64,000 nt of DNA from an uncultured Candidatus Saccharibacteria bacterium (GTDB taxonomy: Bacteria > Patescibacteriota > Dojkabacteria > GCA-002793355): contig CAZGEO010000001.1 in NCBI GenBank assembly GCA_964525295.1, positions 73,671 through 137,670 on the forward strand, in the 5' to 3' direction. Position 1 is the first letter of the stretch; each line of letters begins with the position of its first letter. The position numbers were made by a program, and so were the translations under genes. Shown in pieces: positions 25,730-35,539 of this stretch. The notes below the pieces were generated by a model. The model was not told the DNA's origin. It ran no database searches and saw nothing but the letters and a program-made list of their open reading frames with translations.

Positions 25730-28700
25730 ATGCGCCAATTATTCGTTTGTTTTTGCATACTACTACTGATGAGTACCTTATTTCAACAGATTAAGCCTGT
25801 TCGAGCAGGGCAAACGGTGTATCACGACATATCGATTTATGAAGATACATACAATATGCAGAATTTTCCGACCCTTTCTCCTTGGGATGATCCTTACTTA
25901 TTTACAGGAACTGATTCACAATTTGGTAAGGGAAAAACTCGGATATTCATGCGACCTTCTTGGCAGCAATTGAAAAATTTGAATATTAAACCACTCGATA
26001 TATTGCATGCAGAATTACATCTTTATCAAACTACAGAATTTCCTGCACTTGAGACTGTACAACTTGATATTGCAACCCCGTACATGGCTTGGGATGTGTA
26101 TAACTTCAAATGGAATGAGCAGATCTCATCAGGTATTCCACTAGATCACCCCGAAATTACAAACGATATCGGTCAAAAAATGATTCCCATGACCAATACA
26201 GCGCGAGACAGTTATGATTTCTTTCTGACAAAATTCATCAATAAAGGAATTTCGGTACGAATGCCACAAGAACACCTGGCAGCGCAAAGATTTTATTCAA
26301 TTGATTGCACAACCTCCACTTCCTGCACACCAAATCAGAAGCCATTTATTCGCATATTTATACAAAAAAACAATGCGCCAACAGCCTGTGTGCTCGCATC
26401 ACCGAAAATTGGAGAAATCAAAAATACTGCAAATATTGTGCTAAAAGCTACTGGTAGTGCAGATCCTGACGGTGACAAACTGTCGTATTCTGCAAGAATA
26501 TGCAAAGATATTCGCTGTATTGAAACTATCTGGGATGGACCAATATCTTCAACTACTAATACTACTGTACCAATTACCTCAGGAAATTATATTGCTGAAT
26601 GCACTACAGATGATAACTATGGCGGGCGAGTGACTGGCCCTTCTCATGAATTCACCATCGATACCTTAGTTCCTGCTGCTCCAAAATTGCTGCCTTATTC
26701 AGAATTCTCAGCACTCGATAATTACACAGTTTCTTGGCTCCCTTCGGCTAGCGAAGAGTTACTTACCTATCAGGTTCTTTATAGCGAAAGAAGTACCTTT
26801 TCTGCATATAATACTTACACCGAATGGTCATCAGAAACAAGCGCTAAAATAACTTTAGCCAAAGAGAAAACCTACTATTTTAAGGCTCGAGCTAAAGATC
26901 TTGCAGGAAATATTAGCGATTGGTCAGAAACAGGTAAGGTAACCCTCGATACTGCAATTCCAAAAATTAACTATTTCAAGACAAATAGAACTGTCATTAC
27001 GCCAAAAAAGAATTCTTCAAATGGAGCGATAGAAAATGCTGCGTATATTCAAGGGAGTATTGATGATGATACTATTTCTCATGTTACCATTTCTATCTAT
27101 AATGAGGTTGGCGATACTATCTTCAGTAAGTCAACTTCAGAGAAGAATTATTTGTGGCTACATTGGCCAGATTCTCTCGAGTATCCAGATGGAAAATATA
27201 CTGCTCAACTACAAGGAATCGATGCATTAGGGAACACAATTATTTCGTCACCAATAGTCCTTGCCATTGATACGACGCCACCACCAAAAGCGCAAATATT
27301 TGGTATCAGTAATAACGCAGTATATCGTACTTCGCAACAAAAAGTTCAAGCTATTTGTACAGATTCTATCGGTAGTTTCTACTTATCAGGCAAATTGCTA
27401 AAAACTGGAGAAAGAAATTTTAATACAGAGTTTAAGCAAAATGACGGAACGTTCACTTTTGAGGCGACATGTACTGACGACACAGGGAACAAAAGTAGTG
27501 AAATCGTTCGATATACGATCGATTCAACACCCCCAACTGCTCCTAGCTTAACGCTTACTTATAATGAACAAGAAAATGCAATTTACGGCAAGGTCTACTG
27601 TAGAGAATCTGGCAAATTAGAATTTTCTGAATTGGGCAACTTGATTGCTACCCAAGAATGCAGTTCAGGAAAATATGTTGAAATAAAGCTACGCGAACAT
27701 ATTGTTAAGCCAAGCACACAGAGATTTTCAGCACGACTGTCAGATTTGGCAGGCAATCAAAGCAATATAACCGAACAGGCACTTTACATAGAAGCGAAAT
27801 ATTCCCCACCTGAAGAACAAAAAGCAAAAGAGAAACTATTTTGTCGAGTCGCTTACAATATCGATACTTCTAAACAAAAAGAAGTAGAATGTTCCTGGCC
27901 AACAATGCAAACACCTAAGTACATTAAGTCGGAACTAATTGAACCAGCAAAATACAAGAGTACATTTCAAACAACTGGTGAGTATCGAGGGACGTTATTT
28001 TATTCAGTATTAGTATGCAAAAAACGTGACATTTTTGATCCTAGAACGTGGTTTTCTTGTGTTGAACAGATGATCGAAACAAACTCGATACCATTACAAT
28101 TTATCCCAATTACATTTACTTCCTATTCTTACCTACACAAACAAGAAAACACCTATTTGCTCAATTTTTTTCATACTGAAGCAAGCATTGCCAATTTAAT
28201 GCTCGGTTTTGTAGCACAAACGTCATATACCGTCGGCAATAATTCGATTGTTTTTCAAACTAACTCTTCACCAAGCATATTCGCCCAAAAACTTTCTCTA
28301 CCTGAGAAACTACAAAGTCCGTCGCTAGGGTGGATCTTCGCAACATCAAAAGAAGTAACTCAATGGTATGGGAATACTGCATATCAAAAACCGCATCAAG
28401 GAATAGATTTCGCAGTAACTAAAGAAGCAATTTATGTTCCTGCAAACGGTAAAGTTGTTTCTATTACTTATGACCAATCAAATTCTTGTAATGCAGGTGG
28501 TAATTATCTGGCAATCAAGCATGATAATGGGTTGTACAGTTATTATTTTCATCTTGATTCCTTGCAGAATCCACAAACCAACGCAAAGAATTCAATAGGA
28601 GATATGGTTAAAGCCGGCAATAGGGTAGCAGTCTCTGGCAACAGTGGTATGTATAACTGCCTACCACTTGCTTACCATCTACATTTTGAAATAAGAACAA

Positions 28701-28828
28701 GTCAATCCCCGAATTCACATACCAACCCTGTTCCATACATGAATGTTAACTGGGCAACGATTGCGACCGCAAATCCGCAAACATATCCCGGTCGATTAAC
28801 TGGGGAAAATCCACATCCAACGTATTAA
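25730..28828 (+). CDS. large secreted protein with C-terminal M23 (LytM-type) peptidase domain
   Basis: Signal peptide, ~850 aa of beta-rich repeats, C-terminal HQGIDFAV ... GNSGMYNCLPLAYHLHFEI (M23 HxH). Confidence 0.6.
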   Translation: MRQLFVCFCILLLMSTLFQQIKPVRAGQTVYHDISIYEDTYNMQNFPTLSPWDDPYLFTGTDSQFGKGKTRIFMRPSWQQLKNLNIKPLDILHAELHLYQTTEFPALETVQLDIATPYMAWDVYNFKWNEQISSGIPLDHPEITNDIGQKMIPMTNTARDSYDFFLTKFINKGISVRMPQEHLAAQRFYSIDCTTSTSCTPNQKPFIRIFIQKNNAPTACVLASPKIGEIKNTANIVLKATGSADPDGDKLSYSARICKDIRCIETIWDGPISSTTNTTVPITSGNYIAECTTDDNYGGRVTGPSHEFTIDTLVPAAPKLLPYSEFSALDNYTVSWLPSASEELLTYQVLYSERSTFSAYNTYTEWSSETSAKITLAKEKTYYFKARAKDLAGNISDWSETGKVTLDTAIPKINYFKTNRTVITPKKNSSNGAIENAAYIQGSIDDDTISHVTISIYNEVGDTIFSKSTSEKNYLWLHWPDSLEYPDGKYTAQLQGIDALGNTIISSPIVLAIDTTPPPKAQIFGISNNAVYRTSQQKVQAICTDSIGSFYLSGKLLKTGERNFNTEFKQNDGTFTFEATCTDDTGNKSSEIVRYTIDSTPPTAPSLTLTYNEQENAIYGKVYCRESGKLEFSELGNLIATQECSSGKYVEIKLREHIVKPSTQRFSARLSDLAGNQSNITEQALYIEAKYSPPEEQKAKEKLFCRVAYNIDTSKQKEVECSWPTMQTPKYIKSELIEPAKYKSTFQTTGEYRGTLFYSVLVCKKRDIFDPRTWFSCVEQMIETNSIPLQFIPITFTSYSYLHKQENTYLLNFFHTEASIANLMLGFVAQTSYTVGNNSIVFQTNSSPSIFAQKLSLPEKLQSPSLGWIFATSKEVTQWYGNTAYQKPHQGIDFAVTKEAIYVPANGKVVSITYDQSNSCNAGGNYLAIKHDNGLYSYYFHLDSLQNPQTNAKNSIGDMVKAGNRVAVSGNSGMYNCLPLAYHLHFEIRTSQSPNSHTNPVPYMNVNWATIATANPQTYPGRLTGENPHPTY

Positions 28829-28848
28829 TTTTAAATTCTGATAACAAC

Positions 28849-29901
28849 ATGACCAAAAAACACTATTTTGTTCTTATACTAATTCTCCTCATTTATGGAA
28901 TCTCATTTGTCGTACTTAATTGGCTTTTCAAAAGCTCAAATAAAATCGAGACTACTTCTCTTGTACCCTACATATTACTCAAAAATTGCGATACGAATTA
29001 CCAAGCACTTGGCTTTACAGAAAATGGGACCTCGATTTGCCTTGGAAAAAAAGGTCTCATCACAGCAACGAATGATGGAAAAGAGATATATCTACTGAGC
29101 AAAGAAAAAATCGCAAATGATGATTTACTACAAATACGTTCAAATTTTCTGTTTCATATTTCGCAAAAGAAATTGAAGATTTCACGAATTACAAGTACGA
29201 ATGCACTCGAACAATTATCAGAGATTAAATTGCAAGACAGTGAAACTGTTCTTGACACTTTCGTCAGCTCAACTATCGATTCAACCAATTATTTATTGAT
29301 TAGCTCAGAACTTCAAGCACAAAAGAAAGAAGATAATAAATCTCAAATTAGGGTGATTACTGTTAACAACGAATATAAAATCATTACAGAAAAAATTCTT
29401 CTCTCACAGAATATTCTGAAAGTTCAATACGCAAATTTTGCCTACGCACCGAATTTCATCGTCACAAAAACCGCGTACCCTTTTTTGGAATCTAAATACG
29501 AGATTTTCAACGCTGATCTAGAAAAAATCTCTACGAATAATTGCAAAATTTCAGATATAGATTATGAATTTTCAACATTACTTTGGCAAACAGACTGTAA
29601 TAACGAGAAAAAAATGTTTTCTCTCGATGCAAAAAATAAAGTTATAGAAACTAACGAAATTCTGAATCCAGACGTCTTTGAATTTTTTACTAGTAAACTA
29701 CGTCAAACGGCAAATGGAGAATTTCAACTCGAAAGCGATGGTAAAATCATACGCTTGTTACATAAAAATCGAGATACTTACGTCAACTTCGATATAATCT
29801 CACAAAAGAGTACAAGAATTGGCAAAAGAGTGTATAATTGCATTGACTTCGGTGAATTACCGCAGATAAGTTTGAGAGTATGCATACCATTTTATGACTA
29901 G
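28849..29901 (+). CDS. hypothetical membrane-anchored protein
   Basis: N-terminal TM helix only. Confidence 0.4.
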   Translation: MTKKHYFVLILILLIYGISFVVLNWLFKSSNKIETTSLVPYILLKNCDTNYQALGFTENGTSICLGKKGLITATNDGKEIYLLSKEKIANDDLLQIRSNFLFHISQKKLKISRITSTNALEQLSEIKLQDSETVLDTFVSSTIDSTNYLLISSELQAQKKEDNKSQIRVITVNNEYKIITEKILLSQNILKVQYANFAYAPNFIVTKTAYPFLESKYEIFNADLEKISTNNCKISDIDYEFSTLLWQTDCNNEKKMFSLDAKNKVIETNEILNPDVFEFFTSKLRQTANGEFQLESDGKIIRLLHKNRDTYVNFDIISQKSTRIGKRVYNCIDFGELPQISLRVCIPFYD

Positions 29902-32833
29902 TATTTTGAAAAAATTCTTCTCACCAAATGAAAGAGAAGTACTTAAAGCTCGTGAAATTGTCAAGAAAATTTCAGCACTTGAGGCAGAAGTTGAGAAATT
30001 GAGCGATGAAGAATTAAGCAAATCAACCGAATACTTCCGCAACAAATTGAACATCGACATCAAAGCTCGCAAAAGTGATTCTATTTACTATGACAACAAC
30101 TATCCAGTAATCGAAAAAAAACAACTTGAGGCAGAACGAAAAGCATTATTTTCAATTATGCCCGAAGTTTACGCTCGTGTTAGAGAAGCAGCTAATCGAG
30201 TTGCAAAACACAAGCATTTTGATGTGCAGTTAATCACAGGTATTCTTCTTGCTCAAGGAAAAATCACAGAGGTTTTCACCGGCGAAGGTAAAACCAACGC
30301 AGCAATATTGCCAGCATACCTATACGGGCTGCTCGGCTACGGTGTACACGTTGCTACGGTAAACGATTATCTTGCTCGCCGTGACGCTGAATGGGGTGGT
30401 CAAATTCTTTTAGCACTTGGCATGACCAGCTCGGTAATTACTGGTGAAGCTAGTTATCAGGTTATTTCAGACGAAGAAGTTATCAAAACTTACGGAGATG
30501 ATGCAAAATCAGGACTTGCCAAAAAAGACATGAGTAACATGTCTACTATGAACGGCACGAACCTCAGAATTATCAGTAAAAAAGAGGCATATTATTCAGA
30601 TATTATCTATGGACAAGCGAGTGAGTTTGGATTCGATTATCTCCGTGACAATAGCGCAAAATCACTCGAAGAACGCGTTCAACGATATTATACCTACGCA
30701 CTAGTTGACGAATGTGACTCAATCTTAATTGATGAAGCAAGAACGCCACTTATTATCTCTGAGCCAGATGCCCAACCAAGCGATGTTTACTATCGATTCG
30801 CAACAATTGCCGATGAACTTATTCCAGAAGAAGATTACGTTGTCGACGAAAAACGACATTCTGTTGTTCTGACTGACATGGGTATTAAAAAAGTAGAAGA
30901 AATGTTTGGTGGAGACGATGTTTGGAGTGATAGTATCTTTATACGTCATATGGATAATGCATTAAAAGCACGTGCACTTTATCGTAATGATAAAGAGTAC
31001 ATTGTTCATAACGAAGAAGTACTCATCGTCGATCAGTTTACTGGTCGTGTACAGCAAGGTCGTCGATATAGCGAAGGTTTACACCAAGCAATTGAAGCGA
31101 AAGAACGAGTACCTGTCAAACAAGAAAGTAAGACTCTTGCAACGATTTCATACCAAAACTATTTTAGAATGTACTCATATCTCGCTGGTATGACCGGAAC
31201 AGCAATGACTGAAGCTGAAGAATTCCAGAAAATTTACAAAATTGATGTGGTTCGAGTTCCAACCTATAAGGAACTAATCAGAAGCGACGAAGCTGATGTA
31301 ATCTACAAATCAGAAAAGGCAAAATTTGCTGCGGTTGTCGATGAAATCAAGCAAATGTATGAACTAGGACGACCTGTCTTAGCAGGTACAACATCAATTG
31401 AAAAATCAGAGTACCTTTCAAATCTTCTTAAAAAAGAAGGAATTCCACATCAGGTTTTAAATGCAAAACTTCACGAAAAAGAAGCAAAAATCATTTCTGA
31501 GGCTGGAAAGAAAAACATAGTAACTATCGCAACCAACATGGCTGGTAGAGGTACTGACATTAAACTTTCTCCTGAAGTAAGAGACTTAGGTGGTCTTCAT
31601 ATCATTGGTACTGAACGTCATGAAGCACGTCGTATTGATAATCAACTCAGAGGTCGCTCTGGTCGTCTTGGTGATCCTGGCTCAACCAGATTCTATCTTT
31701 CTCTCGAAGACCATTTAATGCGCGTATTCGGGGGAGAAATGATGAAAGCAATTATCGGTGAATCTTTACCAGATAATGTTCCTTTAGAGTCTCGCATGCT
31801 GTCATCTATTCTCGAAAAAGCACAACAGAAAGTTGAATCACTAAACTTCGACAGTAGACGCCATGTTGTTGAATACGATGATGTATTGAATCAACAGAGA
31901 GAAATCGTCTACAAAATGAGAAAAGTGATTTTGATTTTACTTCATAGCGAAAAGTTACCAGAACTCAAATACGAAAAATTTAAGAGTGATGAAGTATTAC
32001 AATTCCTCAGTGCATTAAGAACTTTCACACTAAAATCACCAAATGATGAAAGGGTTAGAAAATTTGTAAAAGGCAGTATGTTAGATTACTCATTAAGACT
32101 TTGGGTAATCAAGCAAATTATCGCGCAAATCGAAACGACCTTAGGTGAAATGACTAAGATTGCACACAAAATCACACTAAAGCAGGCCAATCTTGTAACA
32201 ACCTTCTTAGATTCTTGTATTCCCAATGGCATGCAGGAAGAAGCAGCAAAACTACTTGGTTACGATACTTACGAACAATTCAAAGAGACACTAGTAACAA
32301 TAAAGAAACAACATGCAATATTGCATGTTGATAATCTAGTAAACCTTTTGACTTCTTCACTTTATCTGGAACTTTACTCAATAAAATCGAGTTTGCCAGA
32401 TAAAGAATACGAGCGATACCTCATCATGTCTTCACTCGATTATCTCTGGATGGATCATATCGATGCAATGGCTGATCTTCGCGAAGGCATCACTCTTAGA
32501 GGTTATGCCCAGAGAGATCCGCTTGTTGAATACAAACGTGAGGGAGCAATTCTTTTCGAAGAATTCTTCGCTGCATTGGGAACAATGGTATCACAAAAAA
32601 TGTACAAATTACGTGTAGTTGAGGAACCAAATCGAGTACAGCAAGAATCACCTAAAAAGGGGAGAGCAGCCGTTCAAGATGCTGTATCGGCCGTACTCAG
32701 TAACAAAATCTCTCAGCAAAAGGCAGCCGTTGTTGCAAAGGGCAAACTACGCGCGAATAGAAACGATCCATGCCCATGCGGAAGTGGTAAAAAGTACAAA
32801 AAATGCCATATGCCAAGTGATCTTGCACAATAA
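29894..32833 (+). CDS. secA: preprotein translocase ATPase SecA
   Basis: Walker A GEGKTNAA, DEAD-like DECDSILIDEARTPLIIS, C-terminal zinc-binding CPCGSGKKYKKCH. 979 aa. Confidence 0.9.
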   Translation: MTSILKKFFSPNEREVLKAREIVKKISALEAEVEKLSDEELSKSTEYFRNKLNIDIKARKSDSIYYDNNYPVIEKKQLEAERKALFSIMPEVYARVREAANRVAKHKHFDVQLITGILLAQGKITEVFTGEGKTNAAILPAYLYGLLGYGVHVATVNDYLARRDAEWGGQILLALGMTSSVITGEASYQVISDEEVIKTYGDDAKSGLAKKDMSNMSTMNGTNLRIISKKEAYYSDIIYGQASEFGFDYLRDNSAKSLEERVQRYYTYALVDECDSILIDEARTPLIISEPDAQPSDVYYRFATIADELIPEEDYVVDEKRHSVVLTDMGIKKVEEMFGGDDVWSDSIFIRHMDNALKARALYRNDKEYIVHNEEVLIVDQFTGRVQQGRRYSEGLHQAIEAKERVPVKQESKTLATISYQNYFRMYSYLAGMTGTAMTEAEEFQKIYKIDVVRVPTYKELIRSDEADVIYKSEKAKFAAVVDEIKQMYELGRPVLAGTTSIEKSEYLSNLLKKEGIPHQVLNAKLHEKEAKIISEAGKKNIVTIATNMAGRGTDIKLSPEVRDLGGLHIIGTERHEARRIDNQLRGRSGRLGDPGSTRFYLSLEDHLMRVFGGEMMKAIIGESLPDNVPLESRMLSSILEKAQQKVESLNFDSRRHVVEYDDVLNQQREIVYKMRKVILILLHSEKLPELKYEKFKSDEVLQFLSALRTFTLKSPNDERVRKFVKGSMLDYSLRLWVIKQIIAQIETTLGEMTKIAHKITLKQANLVTTFLDSCIPNGMQEEAAKLLGYDTYEQFKETLVTIKKQHAILHVDNLVNLLTSSLYLELYSIKSSLPDKEYERYLIMSSLDYLWMDHIDAMADLREGITLRGYAQRDPLVEYKREGAILFEEFFAALGTMVSQKMYKLRVVEEPNRVQQESPKKGRAAVQDAVSAVLSNKISQQKAAVVAKGKLRANRNDPCPCGSGKKYKKCHMPSDLAQ

Positions 32834-32872
32834 GGCATTCGCATTCCTTATTATAATAAGCAAACCGGGTTA

Positions 32873-32897
32873 CTGCCTGTGACTAAATTACAGGCAG
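32873..32897 (+). terminator. hairpin after secA without a U-tract
   Basis: CTGCCTGT-gactaaatta-CAGGCAG 7-8 bp stem with a 10-nt loop, with no T-run following. Confidence 0.3.
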
Positions 32898-32999
32898 CCG
32901 TTCACTTTGCGGGTTATCATTTGCGCGCCATTAATTGACAGTAGTAGCGCCATATGCTACAAAAGTAGTAATAGACTCACTTAATCTGCCTAACAATTT

Positions 33000-34016
33000 A
33001 TGCGACAAAAAAACAATACAGTAACTTCAATACTTGCAATCACCTATGCACTTGCTCTATTGACGCTTTTTACTGGAATTCAAAAAGTATATGCAGCTGG
33101 CGTTGCAGTAACAATTACCCCTGCTGCCTTAACCGCATCTACACCAACCAATATCTCGTTTAGCTATATTGCCTCAGCAGATTATGCAAATACCAATACA
33201 GTATCAATTACAGCGCCTTCGGGCATAACCGTTGCTAACTGTGCATCGCCAACAACAGATGCCGATGGTGATGCAACCCCAGATGGTTCTGCCAATGTTG
33301 CGGGTCAGGTTTATACCTATACATTTTCAGCGAGCACAACCAATGCAGATACAACAGGTGTCACGTTTTGCATTAACTTATCTGCAGCAACCGGTAATTA
33401 TGGAATTTCCTTTACCGATTCAAAAACAAATATTGCAAACAATGATTTCGGTGCAGCATTAATTTATGTCGGAAGCGCCAACGTTGTTAATGTTACTGCG
33501 CAGGTTGAACCAGCGCTCTCATTCGTTATTCGCAATACGGCTGATACCGGAAATACAAATACTTGTGCATTAGGTACACTATCACTTGTAGCTGTAAACA
33601 CCTGCGGTTATCGACTCAAAGTAACAACCAACTCTGGTTCAGGATATGCAATTCAAATAAATACAGATGGCGATTTACGCCGTTCAGGTTCTGGTGACGT
33701 TATCAACTCGCTAGATATTGATAGAGTAGCCGAAAACAGCACAGTTACTGCCGGCGTTGAAGGTTACGGCATCGCAATAACTGCTGGATCAATCACAGGC
33801 GGAACCCTTACACTTCAAGGTGACTTTACAGATAACGATACTCCCTTACCAATTAGTTCTGTAACCAGTCTTGCAACTACTAACGGAAATAACAACCCGG
33901 CAACTACTGACACTACCAATACAATGTTAATTACTCATCGAGCAAGCATGGACGGTGACACGACAACAGGTAACTACACGCAACAAGTTACCTACACAGC
34001 TTCTGCAAATTTTTAA
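33000..34016 (+). CDS. secreted Thr/Ala/Asn-rich surface protein
   Basis: Signal peptide ending ...VYA-AGV, then low-complexity beta-rich sequence. Confidence 0.4.
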   Translation: MRQKNNTVTSILAITYALALLTLFTGIQKVYAAGVAVTITPAALTASTPTNISFSYIASADYANTNTVSITAPSGITVANCASPTTDADGDATPDGSANVAGQVYTYTFSASTTNADTTGVTFCINLSAATGNYGISFTDSKTNIANNDFGAALIYVGSANVVNVTAQVEPALSFVIRNTADTGNTNTCALGTLSLVAVNTCGYRLKVTTNSGSGYAIQINTDGDLRRSGSGDVINSLDIDRVAENSTVTAGVEGYGIAITAGSITGGTLTLQGDFTDNDTPLPISSVTSLATTNGNNNPATTDTTNTMLITHRASMDGDTTTGNYTQQVTYTASANF

Positions 34017-34022
34017 AAAGAT

Positions 34023-34943
34023 ATGGCACGTGATTACGGTTACATCATTTCTCCATCATTAAAATGGTATGATTTCAAACCAGGTGAAACCTATACCGAT
34101 TCATTTTCAATAACCAATTCTTTTGTTACGAATACTCCAGAAGATCAAACATTTGTCATAACAACAGGATTCGTCTTTCAAGAAAACGGAACAAAATTTA
34201 TTTATCCAACAGTTCCAACAGGAAAGAATAATTACGCAATGACCGACTGGATTACTTTTGATACACAAGAAGTAACAATTAAACAAAACGATAGCAAAAA
34301 AATCACATACACAATAAATGTGCCGCAAAATCCACCTCCGGGAGGAAAATATGCTGCAATAATTATTCAGAAAAAGGGAGTAGAAACGCTTAATGGAACT
34401 GGTGCACAACTTGATGATCAAGTCGCTTATCAGATTCTCGGCAGTATCGCAGGGAAAGAAACTCGAGATTCAGAAATCACCAATTTTACCGTCAATAAGC
34501 AGGTATTCTTTCTCTGGCCATATGAAAAAGCTGAATTCACCCTGTCATTTCGCAATAAAGGCAATGTCGAGTTAGTTCCAAATGGTGACATTTTTGTACA
34601 TCAGGGACGAATTACACAATCACTCTGGAATGAGAGTTTTAACCCGCAAACTCTGGTAGTCTTACCAGAAAATGAACGTTCATATCAAGTAACTTGGATT
34701 CCACAAACAAAACTCATCAAGACAGATACAAACGGAATCACACTAAATCTCGATTATTTTCGCATCGGCAAATATACAGCAACTGCGAAAATTGGCACAG
34801 AAATCAATGGTCAGAGAATACTAACAGAAAAATTGGTAACTTTTTGGATATTGCCATTGCCACTTATCATTGCTATACTGACTTTGATTCTAGTTACTTA
34901 TCTTGTAAATCGATTATGGCGAAACCGACAAAGCCGCAAGTAG
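34023..34943 (+). CDS. hypothetical protein with C-terminal TM anchor
   Basis: C-terminal ILPLPLIIAILTLILVTYLV. Confidence 0.4.
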   Translation: MARDYGYIISPSLKWYDFKPGETYTDSFSITNSFVTNTPEDQTFVITTGFVFQENGTKFIYPTVPTGKNNYAMTDWITFDTQEVTIKQNDSKKITYTINVPQNPPPGGKYAAIIIQKKGVETLNGTGAQLDDQVAYQILGSIAGKETRDSEITNFTVNKQVFFLWPYEKAEFTLSFRNKGNVELVPNGDIFVHQGRITQSLWNESFNPQTLVVLPENERSYQVTWIPQTKLIKTDTNGITLNLDYFRIGKYTATAKIGTEINGQRILTEKLVTFWILPLPLIIAILTLILVTYLVNRLWRNRQSRK

Positions 34944-35239
34944 GAGTTGCGCAAAAAAAATACACAGTCATAAAAATGAACTGTGATAATTGTGGAGAAG
35001 ATGTTTATTATGTATTTGCCTGTCATCACTGTGGAGAATACCTCTCATTTGCAGAAGCCACCGAAATGACTCGTGACGAATTAAAAAAATTGATTGAAGA
35101 AGACGGAAAAGAGGTAAAAGGTGATATCAAACCCATTGTCGCAACAGGCGACGAATTCGATGATGTTGACGGAGATGTTGGCTCACTAGAAGTAGAAGAA
35201 GTCGATGATTTGTATTCGGGACCGTTTAATCCACTTTAA
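34916..35239 (+). CDS. small zinc-ribbon protein with acidic tail
   Basis: CDNCG ... CHHCG double CxxC. Start reassigned to the internal Met, since the track ORF 34694-35239 runs through the preceding gene. Confidence 0.4.
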   Translation: MAKPTKPQVGVAQKKYTVIKMNCDNCGEDVYYVFACHHCGEYLSFAEATEMTRDELKKLIEEDGKEVKGDIKPIVATGDEFDDVDGDVGSLEVEEVDDLYSGPFNPL

Positions 35240-35367
35240 ACAAATTATCAATTCTCAATATTCAATTACACGGAATTTAGCGCTACAGTAATTTATCACG
35301 GTTAATGATATAATTGCCTGAATTCTGATTCTAATTGATAATTGAAAATTAGAAATTAATAATTACT

Positions 35368-35444
35368 TGGGCACGTAGCTCAGCTGGTTAGAGCATCCCG
35401 TTCACATCGGGAAGGTCACAGGTTCGAGTCCTGTCATGCCCACC
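35368..35444 (+). tRNA. tRNA-Val (CAC) with encoded CCA
   Basis: D-arm GCTC-AGCTGGTTA-GAGC, anticodon stem TCCCG/CGGGA with loop TTCACAT, T-arm ACAGG-TTCGAGT-CCTGT, acceptor with one C-A mismatch at 6-67. CCA is encoded. Confidence 0.75.
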
Positions 35445-35539
35445 AATAATAAAGCATTAGAGCTGTAAAGCAATAAAACGTCAAAATCCAAACTCTTTAT
35501 CGCTCTACTCCTTTATCGCTTTAATTCTTTACCGCAATA

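Noticed and set aside
34694-34915. Track ORF 34694-35239 (181 aa)
   Set aside because: Its first 74 codons lie inside the preceding gene 34023-34943 in another frame. The zinc-ribbon protein plausibly starts at the internal ATG 34916.
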